NCBI GenBank assembly: GCA_965222075.1
Contig: OZ244937.1
Coordinates: 4,736,001 to 4,800,000 of the forward strand
DNA length: 64,000 nt
From: Candidatus Latescibacterota bacterium
GTDB lineage: Bacteria; Latescibacterota; UBA2968; GCA-2709665
Direction: 5' to 3'
The translations under genes were made by a program, and so were the position numbers. This document shows, piece after piece, positions 9,844 to 18,515 of the stretch; position 1 is the first letter of the stretch, and each line of letters opens with the position of its first letter. The notes under the pieces are model-generated. The model was not told the DNA's origin, made no database searches, and saw only the letters and a list, made by a program, of their open reading frames with translations.

Positions 9844-11466
9844 TTACACCTCCACCTCCACGCCCGCCCCCCGCAAAATCCCGGCAAAATTCCCTCCAAA
9901 AATCTTCCGCTTGTCCTCTTCCGAAAGCCGCGTAAACATAAGCCATCCTGCCTGGGGACGCGGATCCCGCATCGGGGCGTCCGTCCCGAAAAGCAGGCGC
10001 TCCGCCCCTACCTGCTCGACCAGGTATTCGATCACGCCGTTGGTCACCAGCGTGTAATTCAACTGTCCCCAGACGTTGTCGTAGTCCGCCATCACCGAAA
10101 CGACCCACCTGGCGTACGCCCACCCCCGGCCGCAGTGGTCAAGATGAAGCCCGAGATGTGGATACCGTTCTGCCAAATTTCGAACACATCTATCCGCTCC
10201 TGCGTCTCCTCTGGAATCGAGCACCAGGTACAGATGGTGGTCGTTTCCGAATTGAAACCACCGGTCGAAAAGCGGATCGTCATAATCGATCGCCTGGCAC
10301 GCCGCAAACGTCTTCAGCCCGGGGAACCCCAGCTCGACGTGGTATTTCTGAATGACTGCTTCAATCTTCTCTTCATCGTCGTATTCCGGGTTAATCGTCA
10401 CCAGCCCGATAAATTCGTCCGGATACCGCGCCACGGCCTTTCCAACCACCTCGTTCCCCAGGTCAGAATCCATACTGAGCGGACCGGCCCAGGACATAAT
10501 CGCCGTCTTGTCGATGCCTGTCCGGCGGGTCAGTTCGATCATCCCATCCGCGTCTCCCCCAAGCGCAACCCGCTCTCTGCCCGTAACCGCCCCTCCGTCG
10601 TGCAGGATGTGGCAGTGGGCGTCAAGCACGGGGCAGGGAATGGGCTGCCCGGAACGGGCGGCCCCGGTAATCGCATCGTGCCAGGGCCCCGGGTCTGGAA
10701 CCCGGGTCGGCCCCTGCCCACCCAGCAGCCGCCTGAGGTTCTCCCCGGCAACCAGCCTCGCCTGCGCCTCCGAAGTAAGCGTAAAGTCCAGGAAGCCCCG
10801 CGCGGCACCCGGCGCCTTTTCGGGCAGACCGGTGCCGATCAAACACCGCTCCGCTCCGTATCGTTGCGTAAAATACTCAATCGCCCGGTTGGCCTGAAAC
10901 TGGCTGAACTCGATGTGCAGGTTCGGATACGCGTCCATAAGCAGCACGACCTGCTTCCACTGCCCCCAGACGTGATTCACCAGAAGCGTCTTGCTCTCCC
11001 TGAAAATCGAAAGCAACCGGTCTACCGAAGTCAAGTCCCCTCCATACGCAGGCGCCGGCAGCACACACAGAATGTCCCGCCCTAACAGCGCATCCCTGAG
11101 TTCTCCCCAGACCCGCTCCTGGATCGGTACGCCGTCATGCTCCGGCTGGAGTCTCACCGCCCGCACATCGTGCGTTTCCATCAGACCCGTAAATTCGCCG
11201 ACAGACGGAAATTCCCCGCTTACGGAAGGCATGGCCACCCAGCAGGGGAAAAGCCGATTCCGGTCGGATTCGATCTCTTCAACCAGCTTCAGATTCGCCA
11301 GCATTGGGTCGTAGGCTTCCGCCAGCCGGTGGTACACAAGCGCCCCGGCGATCCCCGCCAGATCCAGATCCTCAATCAGATGCGCTTTCGACCATCGGGC
11401 TTCCTTAGGTTTTCTCAGATACGGCCCAAACGAAGCATTGCAATCGAAATAGAGATATTCTCTCAC
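9844..11466 (-). CDS. Tandem amidohydrolase_2 family protein
   Basis: Two TIM-barrel repeats: N-terminal 'FDCNASFG...IGTGLP' (degenerate) and C-terminal 'LDAHCH...LDHCG...LFGTDAP...IFGGN'. Confidence 0.82.
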   Translation of the reverse strand: MREYLYFDCNASFGPYLRKPKEARWSKAHLIEDLDLAGIAGALVYHRLAEAYDPMLANLKLVEEIESDRNRLFPCWVAMPSVSGEFPSVGEFTGLMETHDVRAVRLQPEHDGVPIQERVWGELRDALLGRDILCVLPAPAYGGDLTSVDRLLSIFRESKTLLVNHVWGQWKQVVLLMDAYPNLHIEFSQFQANRAIEYFTQRYGAERCLIGTGLPEKAPGAARGFLDFTLTSEAQARLVAGENLRRLLGGQGPTRVPDPGPWHDAITGAARSGQPIPCPVLDAHCHILHDGGAVTGRERVALGGDADGMIELTRRTGIDKTAIMSWAGPLSMDSDLGNEVVGKAVARYPDEFIGLVTINPEYDDEEKIEAVIQKYHVELGFPGLKTFAACQAIDYDDPLFDRWFQFGNDHHLYLVLDSRGDAGADRCVRNLAERYPHLGLHLDHCGRGWAYARWVVSVMADYDNVWGQLNYTLVTNGVIEYLVEQVGAERLLFGTDAPMRDPRPQAGWLMFTRLSEEDKRKIFGGNFAGILRGAGVEVEV

Positions 11467-11503
11467 AACTCGAAGCTCCTCCCCAACAGGCAGTCGTCAA
11501 CCC

Positions 11504-14209
11504 TCATTCACGCACCGATTCTGTCGAATGAAGCAGGGTCACCCCCTTGCATTCAACCGCCGGATAATCCCGCACCGTGATCGACCTCGCATCGGTGGAT
11601 TCGATCTCGTAGCCGGTTTCACCCGTCAGCAGATAAGTCCCCACAAGCCCACCCTCCCCCGGCACGTCCTCCCCCAGATGGTAGGTTCTCCCTTCAACCG
11701 ACGCAACCTTCAGCGGAGTCCGGCCTTCGGAAAGCGTCAGCTTATCCTTCCCGCACCTCAGTTCCGTGCCGTCCAGCAAATACGCCCGCAGCAGGTTGCC
11801 TTCCGAATCCACAGACGCAAACCCGAAGCGTCCGGTCATCGCAACAGGCCCACACCGGCACCCTGACCCATCCGGTGACGAGAGAACATAATCCGTGCAT
11901 CCCTCCCGCTCGACGGCCACGGCCATCGCCCCGCTCTCTGCATCGTCTAAGACGAGACGGGCCGATTGGATCGGTGACGTCTCTCCCTCATACGGCGCCA
12001 TCACCGCCGCGTACCGGCTGTCCCCATCCGTCCGTTCCGCCAGGATCTGATGCACGGGCGGTGCATTGAGCTGGTCGCCCCGGTCGCTGCGCCATCCCGG
12101 CGCATCCACCACCAGGAGCCGGTCGATCGGGTTCAGCAGCCTCAGATCCAACCGCACCCCCTCGTGCGCCCACGTCGCCGTGAACACATCTTTCGGGATT
12201 GCCGCCCGAAAGTTGCTCAGCCATTCGATCTCCTCGTCCACAGGCTCCGGATCGGCGCCCGTAATCCCCACCATCTTCCCATTGCAGTGAAAACCGTACT
12301 GGTGCAGCTTTCCTCCCCGGACCCGGAAAAAATCTACCGCATAACTCTGTCCCTCTGGCATCTCCACCAGCGCACAGGTTCTCTGATACCGGTCACATTG
12401 TTCGTACGCATTGGCCGATGCCTGAACCACCTCAACGCCCGGTCCCCTGCCGAACAGCTCCAGCCTCGAGTGACAGTTTTTCCCATTCTGGCTCATCCCG
12501 TCCACCGTCACAATATTGTGGGAGCGCGTGCTTCCGGTCCAGGCATTGCGAGGGTCATCCCAGATGTACCCTCTATCGGAGGCCATCTCCTGTTTATGGG
12601 CAATGTAAATAACCCCCAGCGTATCACGGTGTCGGTGGCCGCCATGCGCGTACCCGTTCAGATAGAACGCCGTATGGTCGCTCACCTCTTCACCCCGCAG
12701 CACTGCCACGTGCCATCCGGGAAACCATTCCGAAACCAGCGGCAGGTCCATCTCCTGTTGCGCCTTCAGGTCCGGATCGCGCTGCCACAGTGCGTACTCG
12801 CTCCCAACCTCCGAAAGCGGCGCCCCCTGCGCCTTCTCCAGCAGCCCGGCGTAGCGGCTCCCGTATCGGTCTGTCAGAATTTCAGCGTGTATGGTATGGA
12901 GTCCCTCGCCTGCGTGGGTATCGCCAATCACCGGGTATTGCATACGCGGGTCCAGGATGCGCACCATACTCTCCAAGGCCAGCCGGTACCGGTCGAAATG
13001 CTGAAAAGGATTGAAGTCCTTTAACCGTTCCCCCTCGTCGGGTTCATATCCCTCCGGATCGGAATACCCCATGAGCACTTCCGGGATCTCGCGCATTATA
13101 TTCAGGTGCATGTCCGAGTATGAAGGTGACTCGGTGCAGAGCCCGTCGAAGTGAAACCCTTTTTCCATCAGTTTTTCAATCCCCTCAATGGCGCGCCGGA
13201 TGCCTTGCGGTCGTCCAAACAGAATGCCGACAGCGCCGCTCAACGCCCTCCCGCGTCCACATTTGTTATTAATATCCGGCCAGTTCTCCGTATCCTCACA
13301 CCCAGCCAGGATGAGATCCTCCCGAATCCGCCGGTCCATCTCGGCAGTCAGCACCGGTGTCCCATCCCCGTACTTCGCATCCCGGATCAGATCATAGCTC
13401 AGAACCGCATTTAGAATCATACCGCCGTCCGACCCGCTGCACCCAAAACGTCCGGCGCCCCAGAAGCCATTAAACAAACGCGCAGAATCCCCCTCGCGGT
13501 GCCTTCCTTCGAAAGCCGAGATAATGGCCTCGGCCGGAAACTTCCCGGCCGGCGGATGTCTCCCCATCTCGGCTGCGGCCTCGCCCGGCGGCAGGTCCGC
13601 AACCGTCCCATCGTAGGAGTGAAACAGCCAGCTGGGATACCGCTGCGCCATAATATCCACAATCCACGCCGCCCGTTCGGCGTACGCCACTTCACCGGTT
13701 ACCGCATACAGCTTGGCCAGAACGCCCATTATTTCATAACACCAGCCAGCTTTGTTCGACCTCACAACCCCGCTCCAACTCGTATGCACCGGATAGCTGA
13801 CCCATTTGAACGCGTACTTGCCCGAGGTATTCTCCGGGTGCGCCCGCTCCTCGTCCGTCAGATAAAAAGTAAAGGTCTGCCCCATCCTGGGAGCGGTGAC
13901 ACTGCCCGTTTCCGGGTACTCGGGATCGGGATACTCCGTCTTGCAGTATTTGCAGATCAGCTTATCCGGATCTTGCACGTCCCAGTCGTAAATCCCGGTC
14001 TCTCCCATCGTGGACAACCGGCCGACGCAGACCGGACAGTTCTGCCCGTACTGGGACCACATCGTCAGCTCGGAGATCATTTCCTCGAAAAATCCCCGCC
14101 CCTGTTCCATTGCATAGGCCACCTCCTGCTTCCACCCCGCCACAATCGCCTGGGCCCACGCGTACCGTTTCACATTCTCCCGAGCAAAGGACACATCCTG
14201 AATGTTCAC
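11504..14209 (-). CDS. Heparinase II/III-like protein, paralog of 2307..5318
   Basis: Shares 'CP.CVG...C..C...YPDP.YPET...PR.GQTFT.Y..DEER.HPE..SGKYA.KWV', 'ESPSY', 'GGHRHRD', 'T.SHN.V.VD'; GTG 14209 after AAGGAG. Confidence 0.8.
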   Translation of the reverse strand: MNIQDVSFARENVKRYAWAQAIVAGWKQEVAYAMEQGRGFFEEMISELTMWSQYGQNCPVCVGRLSTMGETGIYDWDVQDPDKLICKYCKTEYPDPEYPETGSVTAPRMGQTFTFYLTDEERAHPENTSGKYAFKWVSYPVHTSWSGVVRSNKAGWCYEIMGVLAKLYAVTGEVAYAERAAWIVDIMAQRYPSWLFHSYDGTVADLPPGEAAAEMGRHPPAGKFPAEAIISAFEGRHREGDSARLFNGFWGAGRFGCSGSDGGMILNAVLSYDLIRDAKYGDGTPVLTAEMDRRIREDLILAGCEDTENWPDINNKCGRGRALSGAVGILFGRPQGIRRAIEGIEKLMEKGFHFDGLCTESPSYSDMHLNIMREIPEVLMGYSDPEGYEPDEGERLKDFNPFQHFDRYRLALESMVRILDPRMQYPVIGDTHAGEGLHTIHAEILTDRYGSRYAGLLEKAQGAPLSEVGSEYALWQRDPDLKAQQEMDLPLVSEWFPGWHVAVLRGEEVSDHTAFYLNGYAHGGHRHRDTLGVIYIAHKQEMASDRGYIWDDPRNAWTGSTRSHNIVTVDGMSQNGKNCHSRLELFGRGPGVEVVQASANAYEQCDRYQRTCALVEMPEGQSYAVDFFRVRGGKLHQYGFHCNGKMVGITGADPEPVDEEIEWLSNFRAAIPKDVFTATWAHEGVRLDLRLLNPIDRLLVVDAPGWRSDRGDQLNAPPVHQILAERTDGDSRYAAVMAPYEGETSPIQSARLVLDDAESGAMAVAVEREGCTDYVLSSPDGSGCRCGPVAMTGRFGFASVDSEGNLLRAYLLDGTELRCGKDKLTLSEGRTPLKVASVEGRTYHLGEDVPGEGGLVGTYLLTGETGYEIESTDARSITVRDYPAVECKGVTLLHSTESVRE

Positions 14210-14235
14210 ATTTTCTCCTTTCGAGTTTGGCGTTC

Positions 14236-15135
14236 TCACTTTGCATCCATCCCCCGCACCGGATATATCTCCCGAAACCTCTGAAACTCCATCCACGCAT
14301 GGTCCGCCGCATACCCGTTGGGAATCGCTTCGGTGCTTTCGGGACGCTTGTAGACCACCCGGACGTGCAGCGTTTCAGGTTCATCCTCGCTGAGCTCATC
14401 CACCTCCCACGCAAAATCCCACGCCGGGCTACTCTGCCCTGGAAGCAGCGACTGCCCGGCGCCCGATGGGGAAAGGTAAAACCGGAAGCCAGGATAATCG
14501 TCGGCCATAATCTGGAACATCATCCCCCGGATCATCCCGAAATAGAAGGGATAATCAAAGGTATGTCCCGAATCCGAGTAGCTGAAAGTCCGCCGTCCGT
14601 CCAGAAACGCCGTGGCCACATCCTGTCCCCAGGCTTCCCGTCCGGCCACATCCAGATCGGTTGGAAACACCATCGCTCCCTGTCCGTGCACCGGATTGTA
14701 ATAATAGGTCCACAGGCCCTTTTCAATAAAATGAATCCCCTTCTCCATCGGAGAATTCACGTAACAGCACCAGCCAAAAGAGGTGCGGTCCTGCGGCCGG
14801 TGCCCGGATCGGGCCGTCGCCGTCATCTCGTAGTCGATGTAGTGCGGCTCCAGAAGCCGGTAGGTCCCCCGCGTCTCCACGAAATTATTTGCCTCACACG
14901 CCTCCTTGAACAGCTCCACCCTCACCGCGTCCAACCGCCGCACCGAAGGCCGCGTCCCCCTGTGGTGCCCGAACAGCAGCAGGCCGTTCCCCTGCGACAC
15001 CGCCGTATGCTTATCCTTTACCGACGTCAGAAACCAGACCCCGCTGTGCTGGTCCTGTCCTGCCCCGTGGTCCGTATCGTCCCCCACAATCGCCCGCAGC
15101 TCTCCGGCGGAGATAAAATAGCAATGTTCGCTCAC
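14236..15135 (-). CDS. Hypothetical protein, possibly galactose-mutarotase-like beta-sandwich
   Basis: Long ORF inside operon; GTG 15135 after AAGGAG; aromatic/beta-rich with 'SPSGAG...PAWDF' near C-terminus; fold call is inference. Confidence 0.55.
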   Translation of the reverse strand: MSEHCYFISAGELRAIVGDDTDHGAGQDQHSGVWFLTSVKDKHTAVSQGNGLLLFGHHRGTRPSVRRLDAVRVELFKEACEANNFVETRGTYRLLEPHYIDYEMTATARSGHRPQDRTSFGWCCYVNSPMEKGIHFIEKGLWTYYYNPVHGQGAMVFPTDLDVAGREAWGQDVATAFLDGRRTFSYSDSGHTFDYPFYFGMIRGMMFQIMADDYPGFRFYLSPSGAGQSLLPGQSSPAWDFAWEVDELSEDEPETLHVRVVYKRPESTEAIPNGYAADHAWMEFQRFREIYPVRGMDAK

Positions 15136-15164
15136 AACACGCTCCTTGTCTTGGTTGAACAGCG

Positions 15165-16397
15165 CTAAACAAACCCCAGGGCCGTATCGATCAGCCGCTG
15201 TCCCGCCTCCCAGGTCATGGGAGCAGGCAGGTCCGAATTGAACATAAAAGCAGAGTTCGCCTCGTACCCGCCCAGATCCCATCCCGCCTTTGAGGGGAAA
15301 TATCCCGCATGGTCGTTGGCCTGGTTGATCGTCAAAAGCCGGTCATCCGGCCACCGTTGGCGCAATTCCAGCCCCCAGGCACCGAAAAGCTGCCCGGGGA
15401 AGCAGGCCAGGAAGAGGTCCCCGATTCGAAATCCCTGGACTTCCAGTTCGACATCCGAGACCACGGGCGTGCCCCCTTCTCGAAGCCTGAGCTGCTCCTG
15501 CGCCCAGGCCGCAGCGTAGCTCGGCCCTTCCCCGTCCTCTATCAGAAGGCGCAGCCTCTCCACATCCGGGGCCTTGTCCAGCGGGACCGCACAGAGCACG
15601 GATTGGCCGTTCAGTTGATCGGCAGCCTCAAATGCCATCCCTTCGCCCAGCTTCAACACCGAGCCGGCAAGTCCCCCGCCTACCTGCTCCACTTCGGCGA
15701 AATTCTGCTCGGGCCGGTACGGCCCCACATCGCCCAGACAGCCGTTGAAAAACGCGGCCACCCCGCCCCACGTCTCCTCCAGCAGATTGCACATCACCCC
15801 AGGGAAATCGGTGGACCAGTACAGATTTTTCCCCGTCAGAATCGTCGGATGGCAGCCGTAGTTCACCCAGGCCGCCACCGACTGCCCGTGCCCGTCCACA
15901 AACCGCACCAGCCCCAGCGTGGAATCGATCGGCTCATCCACATTGCGCCGATTGTGATGGAACGCCGGTTCCTCCATCTGCGCAAACCCCATTCGCACCG
16001 GCGTCAGGTTCTGGGAAGCTTTCGCCACGGCCGCGACAATCCCCTCAGCCAGATCCACCATATAGCCCGCATCCGGAACCACATCCCGAAACTTGGTTGT
16101 CACCGGTCCGGAATGGGTATGCGTTGTTGCCATCAGGATCTGATCCGCGGGAATTCCCGTCTTCGTCTGGATCGCCTGCCGGATCTCCTGCGTCGTTTCC
16201 CGGTTGATCCCCACCACATCCACCACCACCAGTGCAACCCGTCTCCCCCCCTGAGCGCACACAGTGGCCCGTGCCCAAAGCGGCAGATGCGTACCCACGG
16301 CGGGATCTTCACGGCCGCCGTACCCGGCCATCAACAGCCCCGCCGGCGGCGTCACGTCCCGCTTTGCTGCGCCCAGCATCAACCGATCCGTTTCCAT
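15165..16397 (-). CDS. Neutral/alkaline ceramidase N-terminal-like protein
   Basis: 'DVTPPAGLLMAGYGGR', 'ATTHTHSGP', 'NYGCHPT', 'STDFPG', 'NGCLGDV', 'GYFP...GGYE'. Confidence 0.8.
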   Translation of the reverse strand: METDRLMLGAAKRDVTPPAGLLMAGYGGREDPAVGTHLPLWARATVCAQGGRRVALVVVDVVGINRETTQEIRQAIQTKTGIPADQILMATTHTHSGPVTTKFRDVVPDAGYMVDLAEGIVAAVAKASQNLTPVRMGFAQMEEPAFHHNRRNVDEPIDSTLGLVRFVDGHGQSVAAWVNYGCHPTILTGKNLYWSTDFPGVMCNLLEETWGGVAAFFNGCLGDVGPYRPEQNFAEVEQVGGGLAGSVLKLGEGMAFEAADQLNGQSVLCAVPLDKAPDVERLRLLIEDGEGPSYAAAWAQEQLRLREGGTPVVSDVELEVQGFRIGDLFLACFPGQLFGAWGLELRQRWPDDRLLTINQANDHAGYFPSKAGWDLGGYEANSAFMFNSDLPAPMTWEAGQRLIDTALGFV

Positions 16398-16434
16398 ACC
16401 CATCTCCCTTTCGTTCCGCAATCCGCAATTTCCC

Positions 16435-16463
16435 TTGACAGTTCGAACCGGTTTATGTATTTT
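16435..16463 (+). promoter_or_regulatory. sigma70-type promoter for tRNA-Thr
   Basis: TTGACA-N17-TATTTT, 46 nt upstream of the tRNA. Confidence 0.65.
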
Positions 16464-16509
16464 ATATCCACCCATCTTGAACAATAATGGCCTGTTTTTT
16501 CTTACTTTA

Positions 16510-16585
<76 letters not shown>

Positions 16586-16589
16586 CTTA

Positions 16590-16626
16590 AAAAAGGGCTT
16601 GTGTCTGTCCTACACAAGCCCTTTTT
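16590..16626. terminator. Bidirectional intrinsic terminator
   Basis: AAAAAGGGCTTGTGT-N7-ACACAAGCCCTTTTT perfect inverted repeat between convergent tRNA-Thr and transaldolase. Confidence 0.9.
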
Positions 16627-16647
16627 CTTTGCCCCACCTACCCTCCT

Positions 16648-17316
16648 CTACGCCACCACGCCCTCTTCCTGCTTCTCCTTCCAGGCATTCCAATCGCTCA
16701 AGAAACGCTCCAGTCCCGCATCGGTCAACGGGTGGGTCAGCAGCTTCTTCAACACGTCCGGCGGCAGTGTGGCCACATCGGCCCCCGCCAGCGCCGCCTC
16801 CACCACGTGCAGCGGACTGCGCAGGCTGGCCGCCAGCACCTGGGTATGAAACCCGTAGTTGCCATAAATCTTCTGAATTGTCCGTACCAGATCCATCCCC
16901 ACGTGTCCGATATCGTCCAGCCTCCCCAGAAACGGGCTGATGTAGCTCGCCCCGGCCTTGGCCGCCAGCAGCGCCTGGTTTGGAGAGAAGCAGAGGGTCA
17001 CATTCGTCCGGATCCCCTCCTCGCTGCAGGCCTTGATCGCCTTGAGCCCGTCCGGTGTAATCGGGATCTTCACCACCACATTCTCGTGGATACTTGAAAT
17101 ATGCCGTGCCTCCTCCACCATCACCTGCCATTCTGTGCCCACCACCTCTGCGCTCACCGGTCCGTCCACAATCTCACAGATTGTCAGAATGATATCCTCA
17201 AACGTGCCTTCCTCCTTGGAAACGTGGGTCGGATTTGTCGTCACCCCGTCCAGCACGCCCATGGCATTGGCCTCACGGATCTCATCCAGATCGGCGGTAT
17301 CGATAAAAAACTTCAT
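16648..17316 (-). CDS. fsa: Transaldolase / fructose-6-phosphate aldolase family (TalC/Fsa type)
   Basis: 'MKFFIDTAD', 'GVTTNP', 'VVVKIP', 'NVTLCFS', 'SPFLGRLDD', 'LAASLR'; SD AGGAGG. Confidence 0.95.
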   Translation of the reverse strand: MKFFIDTADLDEIREANAMGVLDGVTTNPTHVSKEEGTFEDIILTICEIVDGPVSAEVVGTEWQVMVEEARHISSIHENVVVKIPITPDGLKAIKACSEEGIRTNVTLCFSPNQALLAAKAGASYISPFLGRLDDIGHVGMDLVRTIQKIYGNYGFHTQVLAASLRSPLHVVEAALAGADVATLPPDVLKKLLTHPLTDAGLERFLSDWNAWKEKQEEGVVA

Positions 17317-17449
17317 CTTCAGCCTCCTCCTTGTGAACGTTTGTGGGGGAGCTGTTAGATTGATGAATGGAAGCCTGGTTATCCTTCGGCTTGTTTTCCT
17401 CTCCACTGCTCTTGGCAGATTTGGCAATCCAGGCCGGGCCAGGGATTTG

Positions 17450-18493
17450 TTAAAAAACGCGCTCAATCAGAAAGCTGCACATTTCTCTCAGGATCTCCCG
17501 GGCCTCCGAGGGCGGAATCTGGTCCAGATAGGCCTCGGCGCCCTGTGCCCGCTTCAGGCATTCCTCCTCTGTCCTGACAATCGACCCGTAACGCTCCATC
17601 AGGGCAATGGTCCACTCGATCTCTTCAGAGGCGACTTCTGATCGTTCCTGGTCTAAAATCTCCCGCACCCGCCGCTGTTCCTCCGGCGCGCATCGGTGAA
17701 AAAGGTCGATCACCATCAACGTCCGCTTCCCCTCTGCAATATCTCCTCCCCGCTCTTTGCCGTATCCACCCGCTGTTGTCGTGGGCGCCGTAGACGCATC
17801 TTCGGCACAGACCATCAGGTTCAACAGGTCGTCCCGGATCTGAAACGCCACGGCCATCGCCTCGCCGAAGTCCCCGATTGCCTGCTTCTGATCCTCCGAT
17901 GCCCCTGCAATAATCGCACCCGCCGTGCAGGGCCCCCGGCCGCTGTACCACCCCGTTTTCAGCCGCAGCATCTCGATAAACGCTTCGGCTTTAGGGATCT
18001 CCTCCGCCTCAATCCACCCGATGTCATAGGCCTGTCCCTCAAATGTCAGGCGCGCCCCTCGAATCATCTCCTGAAGCAGATCAAGCGTGGTCGCATCTCC
18101 CAGAATTTCCCGGTTATCCGCCAGAATTTCAAACACCTTGGAGTAAAGCGCATCCCCCACATTAATGCTGAGCGGAATCCCGTGCAGCCGGTGAAGACAG
18201 GGCTTCCCCCGCCGCATCTCCGACCCATCTTCAATATCGTCGTGGATAAGCGCGAACGAGTGAAACATCTCAAAGGCCGCCGCCGTACGCAGGGCCGCCT
18301 CCTTCTTTCCCCCCAGGGCCTCACACGCCAACAGCACCAGCACCGACCGGAACCGTTTCCCCCCCCGGATCGGGTAGTCTCGCATCGGTTCGTAGAGAAA
18401 GGCGTGGGGCTCCGCCTCGGGCAGAAAGGAAAACATCTCCGCGTTGATCAACGGTACATTTTCTTCAAGGAACGTCTTTAACCTTGTTTTCAC
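17450..18493 (-). CDS. Polyprenyl diphosphate synthase (GGPP-synthase-like)
   Basis: 'GGKRFR', FARM '[17 protein letters not shown]', 'KT', SARM 'FQIRDD', 'DIAEGKRT'. Confidence 0.92.
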   Translation of the reverse strand: MKTRLKTFLEENVPLINAEMFSFLPEAEPHAFLYEPMRDYPIRGGKRFRSVLVLLACEALGGKKEAALRTAAAFEMFHSFALIHDDIEDGSEMRRGKPCLHRLHGIPLSINVGDALYSKVFEILADNREILGDATTLDLLQEMIRGARLTFEGQAYDIGWIEAEEIPKAEAFIEMLRLKTGWYSGRGPCTAGAIIAGASEDQKQAIGDFGEAMAVAFQIRDDLLNLMVCAEDASTAPTTTAGGYGKERGGDIAEGKRTLMVIDLFHRCAPEEQRRVREILDQERSEVASEEIEWTIALMERYGSIVRTEEECLKRAQGAEAYLDQIPPSEAREILREMCSFLIERVF

Positions 18494-18515
18494 GGAATCC
18501 CTTCACATTACGCCT

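Noticed and set aside
9517-11085. 522-aa plus-strand ORF and many similar long antisense ORFs (e.g. 15309..16487, 24502..25704, 39099..40385, 46616..47701)
   Set aside because: Shadows of well-supported genes on the opposite strand in GC-rich DNA; no recognisable motifs
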